A stretch of DNA of 64,000 nt from NCBI GenBank assembly GCA_973895155.1, contig OZ316894.1:4612944-4676943 (forward strand). The letters are read 5' to 3'. Of this stretch, positions 49,231 to 64,000 are shown one piece after another (positions within the stretch are counted from its first letter, which is position 1; the number at the start of each line of letters is the position of its first letter). The translations under genes were made by a program, and so were the position numbers. A model generated the notes under the pieces. That model searched no databases and had not been told where the DNA came from. It saw only the letters and a program-made list of their open reading frames with translations. The DNA is from Marsupella aquatica. Taxonomy: Eukaryota; Plantae; Marchantiophyta.

Positions 49231-52200
49231 TCACTTCCGTCGTGGCCCTCGAGGCTTAGCTTTCACAGAAGCAGCCTGCAGCAAGCGCAAGCATCCAATA
49301 TTATGATCAGTGCGTTAGAATTGAGGTTCACTCTGAGAAAGATAAGGGTTTAACAACATGCTAAGACACTCATGCCCATGGCCTAAAACCCTAAACCCCA
49401 AACTTCTACTCCACTTTCCGAGAAAGAACTGAAACCCACAGCACCCCACTTTGACTATTGCGGCTTGATCCTTACGTGGGATACCTTGGGTTTCTATAAT
49501 TGCCTGACCCCTTAACGATGTTAATGCAGTTTCTCAACTAACATTCCACACGCCTCGCACATTATTCCCGTGGTGTTGGAGATCCCCAGTAGTTAATGCG
49601 ATACAAACTAGCTTAAATCAAGTCGAACTTCAAGGAAATATGCAGTTCTCCATCAAAACTAGTATATAGACTAACATTTATTTCAAATTAGTACAGTATT
49701 CCAACAGTCCTCTGCCATAAGGAAAAAACACACATGCTAGGGCAAACAAAGATAGAACACACGCATCATAAAACCTGCAAGTAGGAAACATCAGCAGACT
49801 ATACTGACAAAGCTTATTCAAGTTATGCTACCATAAATTGAACACTTACTCCTGCTCCAGCTGCGGGAGTCCCGAACAATGGAGTCGCTACAGTTGGAGG
49901 AGCAGCCATGCCAAACAATGGAGTGGCTGCGGTGAGGGTATTAGCCATACTGAACAGTGGAGTCGCTGCTGTGGTAGCCCTGGGCATTTGCTTTTGCATT
50001 GAAGCCGGATTTTGACCTGGAATAGGAAAACCTTTAGGGATCTTTGAGTGACTCCACAAAAAGGGGTAAGCTAAGAACTATAAGGAATAATGGGCAGTGA
50101 TCCAGTGGCAACCTCAGCTCCATTGCAAAGACACAACTTGTCAACTTTGCAGCCTTAGTACTTCTAGTTTCTTATCTAAAAAATGATTATCACAAAAGAC
50201 GGATCAATTGAGCGGGAACGATGTAGGCAAAGGCAAGGTAATCAATTTCACTGTCAGCAGCCAACCCAAGGCAACGGGGCAAAATGAATGGAGAGAGAAC
50301 AAGAGTTGGGTGTATTGACTGAAATCGTCCTGGATCTCATGTTGTTGGTCATATTTTTCTAAACACTCCAAAACCCATGACAAAAAACTTCATTAAGGTC
50401 TTCCAGCGGGCTAAAGCTGAGCCCAAGGAATGGTACAGCGTCAGAAAAGTTTACCGAAAGTGCCAAAAGGTGTGGCTGGTGATCCGCCACCAAATAATGA
50501 TGTTGATGTGCCTGCACCAAAGAGATTGCTTGTAGGCACACTTCCAGCGGGGGTAGGATTATTGCCTGCAATATCATTGTTGAGAGGATCAGCATCATAC
50601 ACATCTATGTGAATCAGGTCAGGTAGAAAAAAACTAAACCGGATTTTCCAACACTACTATCCATGGTAATGACTTTTTCCCACCAGTCCATGCAGCACAT
50701 GGATGGACAATGCCATCATCGTCACAGTAGGATAACTGTGCAAGGGATCTCTTTATCCCAATAGCACAGCCTCTGTGGACTAAAACAATTCAAATCTTCC
50801 GGATGAACAACAGGTAGACGCTATCATCTTTGCGTCCTTTTCCCAGAGTCGTATTAAAACCAGAAAACTCTTGGAATCTACATTTAAACTGCGACGAAGC
50901 TTGCAGCAACAAAAACTTTATAAACTAGCAAATGGAGTGACGAGAAGGATGATGTTAGAAAAGAAGAACACAAACCTCCAAAGACATTAGGAGAAGGCGA
51001 AGATGCTCCAAACATGGAGAACGTTGAAAAGGATTGAGATCCAAAAGTTGACGCGACTGTAGAAGGAGTGAATTGTGCAGATGTAGACGGTGGAGCGAAA
51101 AGACTAGGAGTTCCTTGTGCGCCAAACAGATTTGTAGAGGACTGAACAGGCATACTTTGTACAGAACCAGCACCGAACGGCGCCGGTGTTTGGGCATTCG
51201 GATCCATTCCCGGTATATGTGTGGCTACTGGCGTCATTGGGCCGTGCAAAGTAGGATGCACCCTTTTCGCTGCCACTTCACGCTTTGCAACTTCTCGTCG
51301 ATCCGCTTCGAGAAAGGGGTTCACTTCATCCCCCCTCCGGCGGCGATCTATAATGAATGCTGCCCTCATTGCTTCTATTTGCTGATGCAAGGACTCGACC
51401 TGCACACAGGCAAGTCACCATATGACAATCTGATCTAGTACGTCGAGAAACAGATTGAAAGAATTTGTTGTAACGAAAGATCTGGCAGAATTCATGATCT
51501 CCGATCTAGCAAAAGACTCACACCCTTTGAAACATATATGCCCAGACTCTGTGCCTACAAGATTATACTCTTGTTACAACAGCGACACCAGAAGCTGAGT
51601 CTGCGTGCCATTGAAAGGGACTAGTGAGAGAGATTCTTTTTTCAATTGGATTATTTCTGGGCCGAAAACCATTGTCCTTATATCTGAGGGAACAAGGAAG
51701 TAATATCTAAAGTACAATCCCAATGTGATAGACTTGAAAGAAATTGCCCTGATGAGCTAAAACTTTGAAACAAGATGGGATTTCACTTGCTTTACTGTTC
51801 CACAGTTTTGCAAGTTCAGATAAATTTGCTACGATCAGAAATTAATCAGTGCAAGATTTGTTGCAAGAAACGAAAAGAGCTTGGTGGAACGGAGGGAGTT
51901 GAAACAAGGTCCCAGTCCTGAAGTCACCATTCTAGTAGATTCATGCTGTGGATGAAAATTTCTGACTTTCATGCAATGAGAGAATAGACAGGGTAGGTGA
52001 TTACCTCTGCAGCAACGTGTATGAAGAAGTCATGTACGTTGGTCATCACGGTTGGCAAAGACTGCAAGAGTGACAGCTCAGAGTTGCTTCTTCCTTTGTC
52101 TCGTGCGCTGTCACTATCCTGGAGGAGATGCTCCAGCTCCTCAATGCGCTCTCGATACTCCGAAAGCTGTGCTTCAAAGCGAGATACGGTTTCCTGTAGA

Positions 52201-53792
52201 AATTGAGAAGGCTTCGATGGAATCCCAATATAAAAGTCTACAATAGGACCAGGTGGGGGCATCGGATTGGTTGAGGGTGTACTAGGGAAACCTATGGCTA
52301 AGGGCCCTGAGCTTGGAGTGGAGCCTGCAGCTATAGCTGGAGTCTTGAGGCGAGAGAAATGATGTCGCAGCATCAGAAAGGACCGCACGGCCACGTCCGC
52401 ATTCCGCATCAATAATTTGGCTGCATTTACCATTCCCTCTAGCGATGACTGCTCGCCATCGATCGAAGCACCCACGCTTTTCAGTTCCTGCGATACATCG
52501 TCATGAACTTGCATCAAAGTCTCCCATCTGTCAACGGGGACCCTAACATCCAAAGATCAAGAAGCAAATTCTTCAGTCACCTCTCTCAGTCACTCAACTA
52601 CAGTAAGCTTGAATAATAGAAACAAGCGATACTAAAGCACATGAGCTAGTGTTATGTCTTCCGAGGAAATCCCGAAGAGGAAACCCAAACGGAAAGAATA
52701 AAATTCCTGAGAAGACGGAGCACCACACCTGAGAAATTCGGACCGACTCTTGCTCAAAGCCCTTGTGAAGTGCGGCGGAATCGTACAGACGTGAGCACAA
52801 ATCCAATCGTCGGCTTTCATCTCTGTACTCCAACATTTGCTCCCTGCCATGATTCGAATTTCCAAAATGACCTCAACGCAATGACCCAAACCACACTCCA
52901 TTTCTCATTTATCCAAACCCTAAACCCTCGCCTTTCAAAATCGGGTCTGAAAGCCAGAATGCGCAAACAGTAAACGAAAACGGGAGCGGATTACATGTGC
53001 TCTTCTTAACGAGCTCCTTCAGAAAACTTTCAACGGAAGTTCCACCTCTAAAAAACTATCTCCAGTTTTGTAAAACGTGAAAAAAAGTTCAGACGCCACT
53101 CAAGACGAGCACGTTGAAAGGCAGTCCAAACCTTCAAAATTCTTCGAGTTGACGGCCGACAAGTTCACAAGTAGATAACAAAGAATGTGAAGAATTTCAT
53201 CATGCACTCGAACTGGACTTAACCCTAGCCTTTAGTATAATGAGCTGACTACCAAGTCCACAGTCCCCAAGGGAAAAACAAGGAGAATACCAGGTCGACA
53301 AGTACTCCAATGAGGGAAAGGAACTTCGGTTTCAGCATCTCAAGTCCTCGAATCGGACGATTTTGAGAGTTTACTAATGTCTCTCTTGAATTTGTAACGG
53401 ACTTTCCTTCATTTGGGTTATTGAATGATTTGCATTTGTCAACAAGATGAACATAAAAGAAAGAGCATTCTCATTACTGGTACATACAGCTGCAACATTG
53501 CATTGCCTACGATGAAAACAAAAACAGAGCAGTTCACTCACTCAACGGCGAGAAGCAGATTTTTGGAGTCGTCATGGATGTCCGACCACTTCGCCTGGTA
53601 CGAAAGAGGTGTGCCGTCAGTGGTACGAAGCTGAATCTGAGAAAACCCTCCCGGTGCCAGAAGACCAGGCATCTGCTGAAACTGTTGTTGTTGTTGTTGT
53701 TGTTGTTGCTGTTGCTGCTGCTGCTGTTGTTGCTGCGGAGTTGATCCGAAATTGGAGAACTGAAAAGGGGAGGAGGCGGGTGAGATATTCAT
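49231..53792 (-). CDS. NUP58: Nucleoporin p58/p45; exons 53792-53542, 52843-52729, 52487-52005, 51399-50976, 50565-50455, 50016-49850, 49275-49231
   Basis: Motifs YQAKWSDIH, LEYRDESRRLD, MRNADVAVRSFLML, NVHDFFIHVAAEVESLHQ and NPFLEADRRE…AAKRVHPT. C-terminal FG repeats and basic tail AKPRGPRRK*. Splice phases are consistent. Confidence 0.92.
53682..53735 (-). repeat. CAG/CAA trinucleotide repeat encoding polyglutamine in NUP58 exon 1
   Basis: About 18 consecutive Q in the translation. Confidence 0.95.
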
Positions 53793-54126
53793 CGGACATC
53801 ACTGTGCAACCCAGCGATCGGTACGAATCCCACCCGACAACCTCACGGCAAGAATCAGTGACACTGCCACAGATTATCGCCGATCTTCGATGAACATCTT
53901 CGATCCCAAAAATTGAGAAACGAATACCGCAGATTGTCGCTGATCATCCGAGCAAACGACCTTCGTCACAGAGAAATTGAAAACAGAGCTTTCTCTCCAA
54001 ACCACGAAGTCCCCGCCCTTCTCTCTTTCTAGGACGACCGGCGCCACCCGGTGGCCTCGTACTGGCCACCGGCTTCGGAGCCCTTCCCACTTTCTTGGAA
54101 GACCGGCGCTAACGGGTAGCCTCGTA

Positions 54127-54601
54127 CAGTTAACTCTCTAAGTGCAGTCTCTATGGAAGATGGATCTGACATGCACTAAACCAGGTGTTGCATTCTTTGA
54201 TAAGTCCACTCCCCTAAAATGCACTTATAGATAAGTGCACTTGATTTGGATTTCTTTGTTAAATAAAAGCCCCCCCTTTGGTGATAAGTCACCCTTGTAC
54301 TTTCGTATCCTTGCCCAAATTCTGTGCCCATCCTCCTTAAATACATTCTATACTCTACTAAGAATGGGCATGTATTTATCTGTATATGCAATTCCATGAT
54401 TTTGTGCACATTCCGATAAGAGCCTAGAGACTCTTACCAAGGGTGAGCACTTATAAAGTTGTCGTTTCTTGAAATGATTTTAGCCCTGTGTGCGCTTAGA
54501 GAATTTTTTTATCTTGTGTTTAAATAAAATGGAAGAACAGGATGACCTGCATTAATCAAGGGTAAGCGCTTATGGAGTGTGTGCATAGAGAGAGCCAACT
54601 G
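54127..54601. mobile_element. Non-autonomous Tc1/mariner (pogo-like) MITE
   Basis: TA|CAGTTAACTCTCT…AGAGAGCCAACTG|TA gives imperfect TIRs beginning CAGTT and a TA TSD. Confidence 0.75.
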
Positions 54602-55809
54602 TAGTGGCCACTGTCTTTGGAGCATGTCCACTGCCTATTGCATGTGTCATGTTAGAGAGCCTTGTGTAGTGTAGTAGGGTGTTCAGTGTTTCACCAGTGG
54701 GGTGCAAAAAAGGAAAAAAGGACCAATTTCGTTAAATTCTTAATTACATTCTCACTAAAGATGTTCAAATTAACAACACTTTCAGAGTCTTTGTATCTGG
54801 TTACCTTAGTCACATTGGTGAACTTGTGGTCCACATAATTATAAAACTGTTGCATACCTGTAAGTACAATAGAAACATTGAAACTATTGTTAATTGGAAC
54901 ATTTTAGTGACAAAATAGTCAAAAGTTGTTTACTAAAAATTGTCCCAAAAGTACAAAACAGTAAAAGCAAAAGAGGTACACAGGGGACAAATACCAAACT
55001 CAAAATAAGAGGGCAAATACATTTCATACTACAAAAAAATAAAAGGTGGTCAATTGGGAGAGACCGTCCAAAAAATAGGAGACCCCATCACGGAGACGCA
55101 ACAAGGGATAACCTGAAGGGATAGCCAGGGAGCTCAAGAGTCCCCTACAAAAACCCAACAACAGGAACGAGGCATATGCAAACCCCAAAATCCTACAAAG
55201 ATTTTTTTGAATGATCTATTGTACCTATGCAACAGTGTCATTTGGGAGAGGTGAATTTTGTGGACAACAAATAAAATGACTTTAGACAATGGGTTCTTAT
55301 TAACAGCATATCAACATGACTTTGTAGATTGAGCTGGTTTTAACCCCAGGGCAACTCAGAACGAATCAATCTAAGCTATTTACAACGTTAAATGCATAAT
55401 TAATCCGTGGACCCCCCATGTTATTTTAGAGGCAGTTATCTAGAAACTGAAGCCTAGATGGACCTCCAAATCCAAAGAAAGAATTCAAAAATGGACAAGT
55501 CAATGTTTGACACTTGAAACAGTTGCCAACTTACCAAGGCAACCGTAATTAACATCAATCACAAAACCAGCTGCATTGTGAACTACTATTTAATGTGTAC
55601 CCAACTTAATTGCCCACTTCAGCAAAACGGTGCTCGACGGGTTCCTCCACAGTACCAAGGGATGCTGGATGCACTCAAGTTGCATCAAAAGAATCACTTT
55701 CAATTCCTACACGCAGATAGACGAAGAGAGAGAAGTCATTGGTGTCATCAAATCATTAACTTTGCATAATTATTTAAGACAAAAAGTTCATGGAAACAAT
55801 CTCCAATTG

Positions 55810-56040
55810 TGGAATTTGGAATGGATCGAAAGCTAGAGAAATTTAGAAACTCATGACCATTTTAGTACTTGATAAAATCTCTCAATGTTACACTCATTGG
55901 AAAGCTAAAGAACATTGGAAACTATAATCTACGTACTCAAAACTCAACTAAATCTATCAATGTTAAGTTCATTAAAAAGCTAAAGAAATTCTAAAATTCA
56001 TAACTTCTTTAGTACTTGATAAAATCTATCAATTTTAGGT
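55810..56040. repeat. Degenerate ~80-bp tandem units
   Basis: AAAGCTA.AGAA…TAGTACTTGATAAAATCT.TCAAT occurs about three times. Confidence 0.6.
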
Positions 56041-57517
56041 TCATTCTCATGGAAGGGGTCAACATTTCAGGGGTTGTATAACAAAGATTTCTATTCATGT
56101 TAGCGACTATGAAATCATGGGTAAAATCTATTTTTCAAGATTATTTACTCGATTCTTACCAAATGATGACAATGTTGAGCTCATCAGGACCGTCTCTTCA
56201 AGATCTTTCTAACGTCATATTATACGTGAGTTTTCATTATGATTTGACTCAACAATGTCAAATCAAAAATTGTTATTGGGAAAATTTTATGTTTTGAATA
56301 AAATCAAAATGTAAATAAAACAGGTATTGGGAGCAGTTTTACCTCAATCTTTTTGTCTTTTGATTTGCATGTCAGTTTTTTTTACATTCTTTTTTATGGC
56401 ATGGCGTCCCAATTTTTACAGCAAACTTGCCACAAACACGAATGCAAAAGTTAATTTTATCCAAAAACAAGTCTCTTCCTGTTTGCAGCGTGCCATGATG
56501 ATGTGGCGCATTGTGGAGCCAGGAATTTTGAAAAGGACCCCTAATGGGGGTCCGTAAAGATCCTTTGCCTGATTGCAATGAAATAGTTCTCACTTGAATC
56601 TATTAGAGCCTCAATGCCTCTGGTAGAGACTCCAACTTGTTATGCAGAATGGAGCTGTCAAACTCCATTGCCATTTTAATGCAAAATCATTCTCCATACT
56701 CATTTCATGAACTGCTTAAGCTCTCTATTGTCTTGGATAATGCATGAGGCCAGGCATGTTTGGTAGCTTAAACCCTGCCAAGGGCATTCACACATCTACA
56801 ACTTTATGTTCAAATTGATAACACCAAGAAATACAAGGGTATCTCAAAACATCATAGTTGCGGATAATAATCTTTGGCCATAGTTTTTTCATAGGGTGAA
56901 GGTTTTTGTTTATTTACTAGCCTCTATAGGGCTTACCATCATGGCATATGACCAATCTTTATGGTAGAATGTTATGGATTACAAATTTGATAGTCCATAA
57001 CTTTTTCTATAGGTAACCTTATGTCATTAAGGTCCACCATTTTTTGAGGTTTGAGACCCCCTATTTGGTTTTCTTTGGGGTAGTGTGAACAGGTCAGGTG
57101 ATGAAAAGTACTCTTGGAGTTAGACTTACAAAGGAGGCACACTTGTTGTCTCTGCCTGATTTTTGCATGTCCACCAAACTTAGATTGATTCATTCTGGGA
57201 TTCTGGCACCCTTGATTGTTCTCTCTTGGGTTCTCTTCCTGTGGCCCGACCTCATTTGGGTCCATCAGCCCTGGTCCATGGATTCTTGTGTTTCTGTTTG
57301 CCTCCCTCAATTTTTTATTTATAAAAGTACTCCTAGGCAGAAAAGAAAAGTATTGCAGCTGCCCAAAGTCTGGTCAGCCATTGTCCTTCAGGAAAGGTTA
57401 TATTGGAGCCCACATGATGCTTCGATCTTCAGAATTAGGTCCTGCCAGGTTTCCTGTCAAAACAAGAAAAGAGAGGAAAAAATACTAATCTAGTTTACTA
57501 AGCCAAGCTGCCACTTG

Positions 57518-57990
57518 GAAGGGAACAGTTTGGAACGGCCATAGTCTACAACAGAAAAACAGGGGAAAGGGACTATTCTAGGTTACCAAGTGAATTATAT
57601 GCTATCGGAAAGGAAATGGCTTGGAGCGCCCATAGTCTTCACTGTTACTTCAAGAGAAACAGTGGAAAGGGACTATTCTAGGTTACCAAGTGAATTATCT
57701 TCTATTTGAGAGGAAACAGTTTGGAGCGACCATAGTCTTCACTGGTAGATCAAGAGAAACAGGGGAAAGATACTATTCTAGTAAGTAATTTGTATGACAT
57801 CTAAAAGGAAACAGTTTGGAACGGCCACACTAATCCCTGTGAAAACACTAAACCAGGGGACAGGTACTATTCTAGTCTACTAAGTAAATTGTATGATATC
57901 TGCAAGGTATGTAGTTTACGAAGCCCTTCTTGCAAGGAAACAGGGGCAATATACTATTCTAGCTTACTAAGTACACTTATTTGCCATATG
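57518..57990. repeat. ~90-100-bp tandem array (about 5 units) upstream of RPL35
   Basis: GGAAACAGTTTGGA.CG.CCATAGTCT…GAAACAGGGGAAAG..ACTATTCTAG recurs. Confidence 0.85.
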
Positions 57991-58141
57991 GGAGGGAAGG
58001 TTCTGAAAGACCATATTGGAGTTCCATGCTGTTTCTTTCCATTATCCGAAGCCCTTCGTCTTCTTCTTCTCTTCTTCTTACCATAGAAGGAAAGGAAAGG
58101 AGACAGAGGGAGAGAGTGCTCTCGAGGTCTTTGAGAAAGAA

Positions 58142-59841
58142 ATGGCGATGGCGATGGCAACAACAGCAGCAGCGGGAGCGCGAATTCTCGCATCACCTCA
58201 CACCGCCATTACCAGGCCCTCCATCAGCGCGAGCTGCAACAGCACCAGCTCGAGCAGTGTCGCGCACCTCTGCTCCTCTTTCAGAGGACTGTCCGTCCAG
58301 ACATGGCAGAAGAAGAGCAGCAGCAAATATGGAGGTGACATTAGTGGATTTTCCAGCATCTCTTCTTCCCCGAACGTGTTCTCCACCCCCAAGCTGGTCT
58401 TCACTGTTGCCAAGATTAAAACCCACAAGGTTCGCCTTTCGCTCTCTCTATGTCTGTCGGTCTGTCTTGATTTGCCATCTCTTCCGCACTCATTCCCTCA
58501 CCTCTCTATAGATTGAATTTCTCACATGACTTTACGCGAACGACCACCGCACATAATGTTGTAGACTTTGCTTGAAGTCTGGAGAAGTCAGAGATCACGA
58601 GCTGACAATTATTTGCTTAATATTTTTTCCGGAGGCTGCTGAATCAGAATAGAACTAACTGGGAATTGAATTTGGACCTAGAATTGGTAGACGCATTTTG
58701 TTTTCATCTGTAAAGCTTGAATGCGGCGGTCAGTTGGGGTGTTTGGCTCTGATGAGTCATTTGTGTGTGAATGAATGAGATGGTTGGTATGGGCGTGTGC
58801 AGGCTTCTGCCAAACGATTCAAAGTCACAGCCACCGGGAAGATCATGCGGAGACAGGCATGTAAGCAGCATTTGTTGCGCAAGAAGAACAGCAAGAGGAA
58901 GAGGCGTTTATCGAAAGTGGTCAGTTTTCTTTGTCCTGCCATATTCTCGGAAGCATTTTCAACTTCTCAGAGTTCTAAGATGCTTTTTGGAATGCCTCTT
59001 AAATCTACTTTTACATCTAGAATCACCTGCGAGCGCACTGCATCATAATTTACTTTGAGAGGAGGTCGAGTGGTGCATGTGTAGCTGGGAGATTTCTGTG
59101 CATCAGTCGACAAAACTTAGCTTTATGGAAGTTGGAGTCGATCCCCGGATGAAATGTGAAATTTTACCCTAGTGTAGCTCATTCACTCCTTAGCTGGCTC
59201 TATTAGCCTTTAGTTCTGCACTAAACCGAATAAAGCATCGCGGAGTCTACGTTGGTATACCCCTAAACATCAAAGAATGCCCCTTGTATGAACCACCTAT
59301 TCTCCAGTCTTGGAATTCTAGGTACTGTGCCTGCTCCTACTGTACCTGTTGCATTTTTGCAGTATCTGTCCTTAAAAACAGTCTGGCACTTGTGTATTCT
59401 ACATTCTTCCCCGCTCTTGTCCCCACCTCCTTTTTGTTGCCTCAATTGCCCGTTCGTGAAATTCAAAAGTAATCCAATTCCCTTCTTTGTGCACCTCCCA
59501 GTAAAGCTGATCCTCTACGGTCACCTTCTTTCCCTGGATCCCTACCGAACTTATCTTTCCCTCCACTGTGGAGCATGTCACATCGTTTCAAAAGTTATCC
59601 AAGGAGGAGATTATATGTACTCCAGTGCAGTCTCAAAAGTTTGATTACGATTTTGTGAGTTCTGGAGAGAGGATAATGTTTTTGTCAGCTTTCGTAGCTG
59701 TTGACCTTTAGTTTGGTCAGGGTTTCGGGATGGTTACTGACGTACTGCGATGGCCTTGTGCAGGTTCAAGTGAAAAGATGCGATTATGATAATGTTATTG
59801 GAGCACTGCCATATCTGAAGGTCAAGGGAAGGTTAACTTGA
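58142..59841 (+). CDS. RPL35: Plastid 50S ribosomal protein L35 precursor; exons 58142-58429, 58803-58919, 59764-59841
   Basis: S/A/T-rich transit peptide, then KIKTHK|ASAKRFKVTATGKIMRRQACKQHLLRKKNSKRKRRLSKV|VQVKRCDYDNVIGALPYLKV. Confidence 0.95.
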
Positions 59842-61438
59842 TCACATGGCAGGCTATCGAGAATCTTGATAGATATCCTAGGAGGTGGCTAATTTTAGAG
59901 CTAAATCAAATTACTGGCTTACATTTTTCGACCTGCACAAGAATTCAGGTTGCAACGTGGTCCTCATGGTTTCCTTGTAAACTTTACTTCATTGTAGACA
60001 TTTTCTTTGTCATGCCCAAATATTCCGTTGAGGTCTGCAGGTCATCTTCATGTGCTTTTTGAATGATGAATTTGATTTATTGTTTTAAAGATCATCTGCT
60101 CTGAAGAGGGTACTCAAGATAGAGGCCAACAGTTCATATCCGATAGAACAAGACCCTCATCCATGCAACTCTGTTATTTTCTGTTATGGTTAACCCCCTG
60201 GCCTGGGCCACCACAATCCCGTGAAGAGAGGGTGAGATTGAAACCAGACGCTTTAGTCCACAAAGAATGACCACAAGTCCAAACATGCCGGAAACGTTTT
60301 CTCGCCTAGAGTTGATAATTAGAATAAGCAATCAGGTTTCAAATTCTTGAATGTGAAACTGGTTGCCTTGTCCAGGTCCCAAAATATTGCTTGTACGCAT
60401 ATTTTCAGTGGCAACAGTCACTTCAAATAGATATTTGCTTCTGAGCTTTCTGTAAGGGAATCCGAGTTCAGTAACAAATCCTCGTAACCACAGCAAGGCG
60501 TTGCAGGAAACTCAGACTCGCTCCCGTCGCAGTATTTCAGTCTCTAACAGGCTGACAAGCGATATTTGTTTCGCCTGTGATCTATTTGCATCCTTTCATA
60601 AGCATAATACTTTCTACCAGTCAATATGTCAAATGGCTACATTGCTACTGGATTCAGTGAAACATGGCAAACAGCTATCGTGAACAGTAAATTGTGGAAC
60701 TCAAAACGAGAGATAGATAGCCCTTACTCCCGGATCGATTTGGGTACGGATATTTGACAACCATAGTATGGTAAATATTATCATTTTCCTTTTCTTGGCG
60801 TGCTCAATAGCATCCACCTTCATGGAGCATAACCAGAAGAATTCGTCACACTATCAAGGTTGTAGATGAGGATAACGAACATTTATTAAAAAAATATCAC
60901 GTGCACTTCAAATTGTAGGTGACTTACTCTTGAAAGAAGTTCAGAGTGAGTTACCGATGTCGTCCCTGACTCTATTGTACATCTTGAGCTTTAGGGGAGC
61001 ATACAGCTACTGTGGAGAGAGCCAATTGTGTTCGCATATACGAGCTTCCTGTAGAGCTTCTCGCGACCGTACAGCTAGAAATTACCCCAAGCCGATGGGC
61101 ACACCTCTCACTCCTCAAACCAACATTACTGTCCTCCACCCCGCTTAAACATGTAGCCAACCAGTAAACATCGACAATCAACTTGAGCCAAAAGAAAACT
61201 AAACAGAATTTTAATTCGTTGAAGCTGAACTGCGCTTGAAACAAGAAAATGGGTCTCGAGTGTCAATGTAAAAACTGAAGCAAAATTTGAGAAAATAGAT
61301 ATTAGACGGAGTTCGATCCTATTGTACAGGTCATCACGTACTCAAAATATTATTCTGATGGACAGCAAACCTATGTCACCAGCTGTGGTAAATTGCTTAT
61401 TAGGAAACCCTCTCCGGACGGATCCCCCTTAGAAGCCA

Positions 61439-62611
<1,173 letters not shown>

Positions 62612-64000
62612 TCAACAGACGCACAACAGACCTGCCATTAGAGATGCATCATGTTACAATATGATTGGAAGACAATTTTAGATGGTCAATTTCGAGAAAT
62701 TGGAAGACTGAAACGAACAAATTAAATCCTCAGATGAAGTAGAAACGAATACAGTACTATAAGAAGATTGCACTTTCTCGTCACACACATTCATTTACTT
62801 CTACTAGACTTACAAAACGAATGCGGCATATGAAATCTACGGTAAAGGTAACCTGCTCCATGACTGAGTACGTAGTTTGGAGTTGCCCCAATAAAAGATC
62901 TGCACAAAGAATAATGTATCCTAGCTGCACTATTGAGGTCTTGAGAATTCATGAGCACCGAGAGCGAGGCAAACTACTGCTTCTTGGCAACTGTATGGAA
63001 GCCATCCGCGAAACCAATCAGTGGGAGAAATTCATCATCCATTTGAGAGGGCTAAAAACTTAACTTCACCGTGAAAATTCTGTTCACAACTCGTAAACAA
63101 AAGATCTATCGTGGAGGCAAACTTACTGCAGGACGACTTCTCAATTCTCGAAATTGAAGACCTTCAGGGAGATGCGTGTGTTGAGAGTGACAGATCAGGG
63201 ACACATCTAAGTCCCAATAACTTCCTCGGGAGACTTTTTGGGTGTGGTAGAAAAACAGTCATCTGAGAAGCCATCACTGGCTTCCCGGGATGGTGCCAAC
63301 CGAGCCACATCAGCAAAGTTTGTTCGCAGATCGACTTCTCTACCAATTTCAAGAATGGTGACTGGTCCAATTGTCCCAATTGAATGAGCTGCAGTATGAG
63401 GTTCCAGCACAGACGCTTGTAGTCTCACGAATCTGCCGTGTGTCACTTCTTTGTCTCAGCTCAGGATCATGTCATTAGAAAGTAGCAAAGAGTTATTAGG
63501 CGTGTATCATCTTTACCACCCTTCACATACTGGTACCGTGATGCCATGAAAATTAAGCTCGGATGGACTTGCTGGTTGAATGTGAAGCATTGATCGACCG
63601 GCAAAGATAAACTTCCACCAAAATTTATAAATGAGTAAAAAACAAACTACACTGAAAGGAAAGAAAAAGAGTTCCAACGAGTACTAACACCAAACCAGTA
63701 AAAAGAAAAACAACTGCAATACTAAAAAGAAGGAAGAAGATAAAGGGAAAAACTTCAAAAACATTTGTGAACTCAAGGACTACCGTAGTGTCCACATTGG
63801 AAATGTGGCAAGAGCTAATGGGTCATATCTAATGTACTAAGAAAATTATAAACAAGTGGGACAGGAATGTCTTTTAACTGGCTAGAGTAAGCCGAGGCAG
63901 GGTGGCATCCATTGTGAAGGATCTACTACTATAATAACGAATCCCGCCAGTTTTAGTCCTTCGTCCCCGTTACAAACATGAAAAAGGAGGGAACAAAGCT

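Noticed and set aside
50430-50612. Plus-strand ORF inside NUP58
   Set aside because: Antisense of a real FG-repeat exon.
52914-52928. Telomere-like AAACCCTAAACCCT (also about 49384)
   Set aside because: Only two units; an ordinary telo-box-sized motif, not an interstitial telomere.

Overview
This is eukaryotic plant nuclear DNA with GT-AG introns, a plastid-targeted ribosomal protein and abundant transposon debris. A bryophyte-like source is only an impression. There is no CRISPR array or rRNA. Six host genes could be reconstructed by hand: a 2Fe-2S ferredoxin-like gene (-), a single-exon acidic protein with an MBD/DUF7028-like motif (+), a GILT thiol reductase (+, 6 exons), nucleoporin NUP58 (-, 7 exons), plastid RPL35 (+, 3 exons) and an intronless class III ADH/GSNOR (-). 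Repeats include two copies of a tRNA-derived SINE with target-site duplications (TSDs), two solo LTRs with 5-bp TSDs, MITEs, LINE fragments and many tandem arrays. The most unusual features are two islands of densely packed, intronless ORFs damaged mainly by in-frame stops (1-4.1 kb and about 16.7-22.7 kb). Each contains an RPA70 C-terminal-like Zn-ribbon/OB-fold ORF beside ORFs of unknown family, which suggests a large cargo-rich mobile or virus-like element family. All domain calls are by eye; no database search was run.
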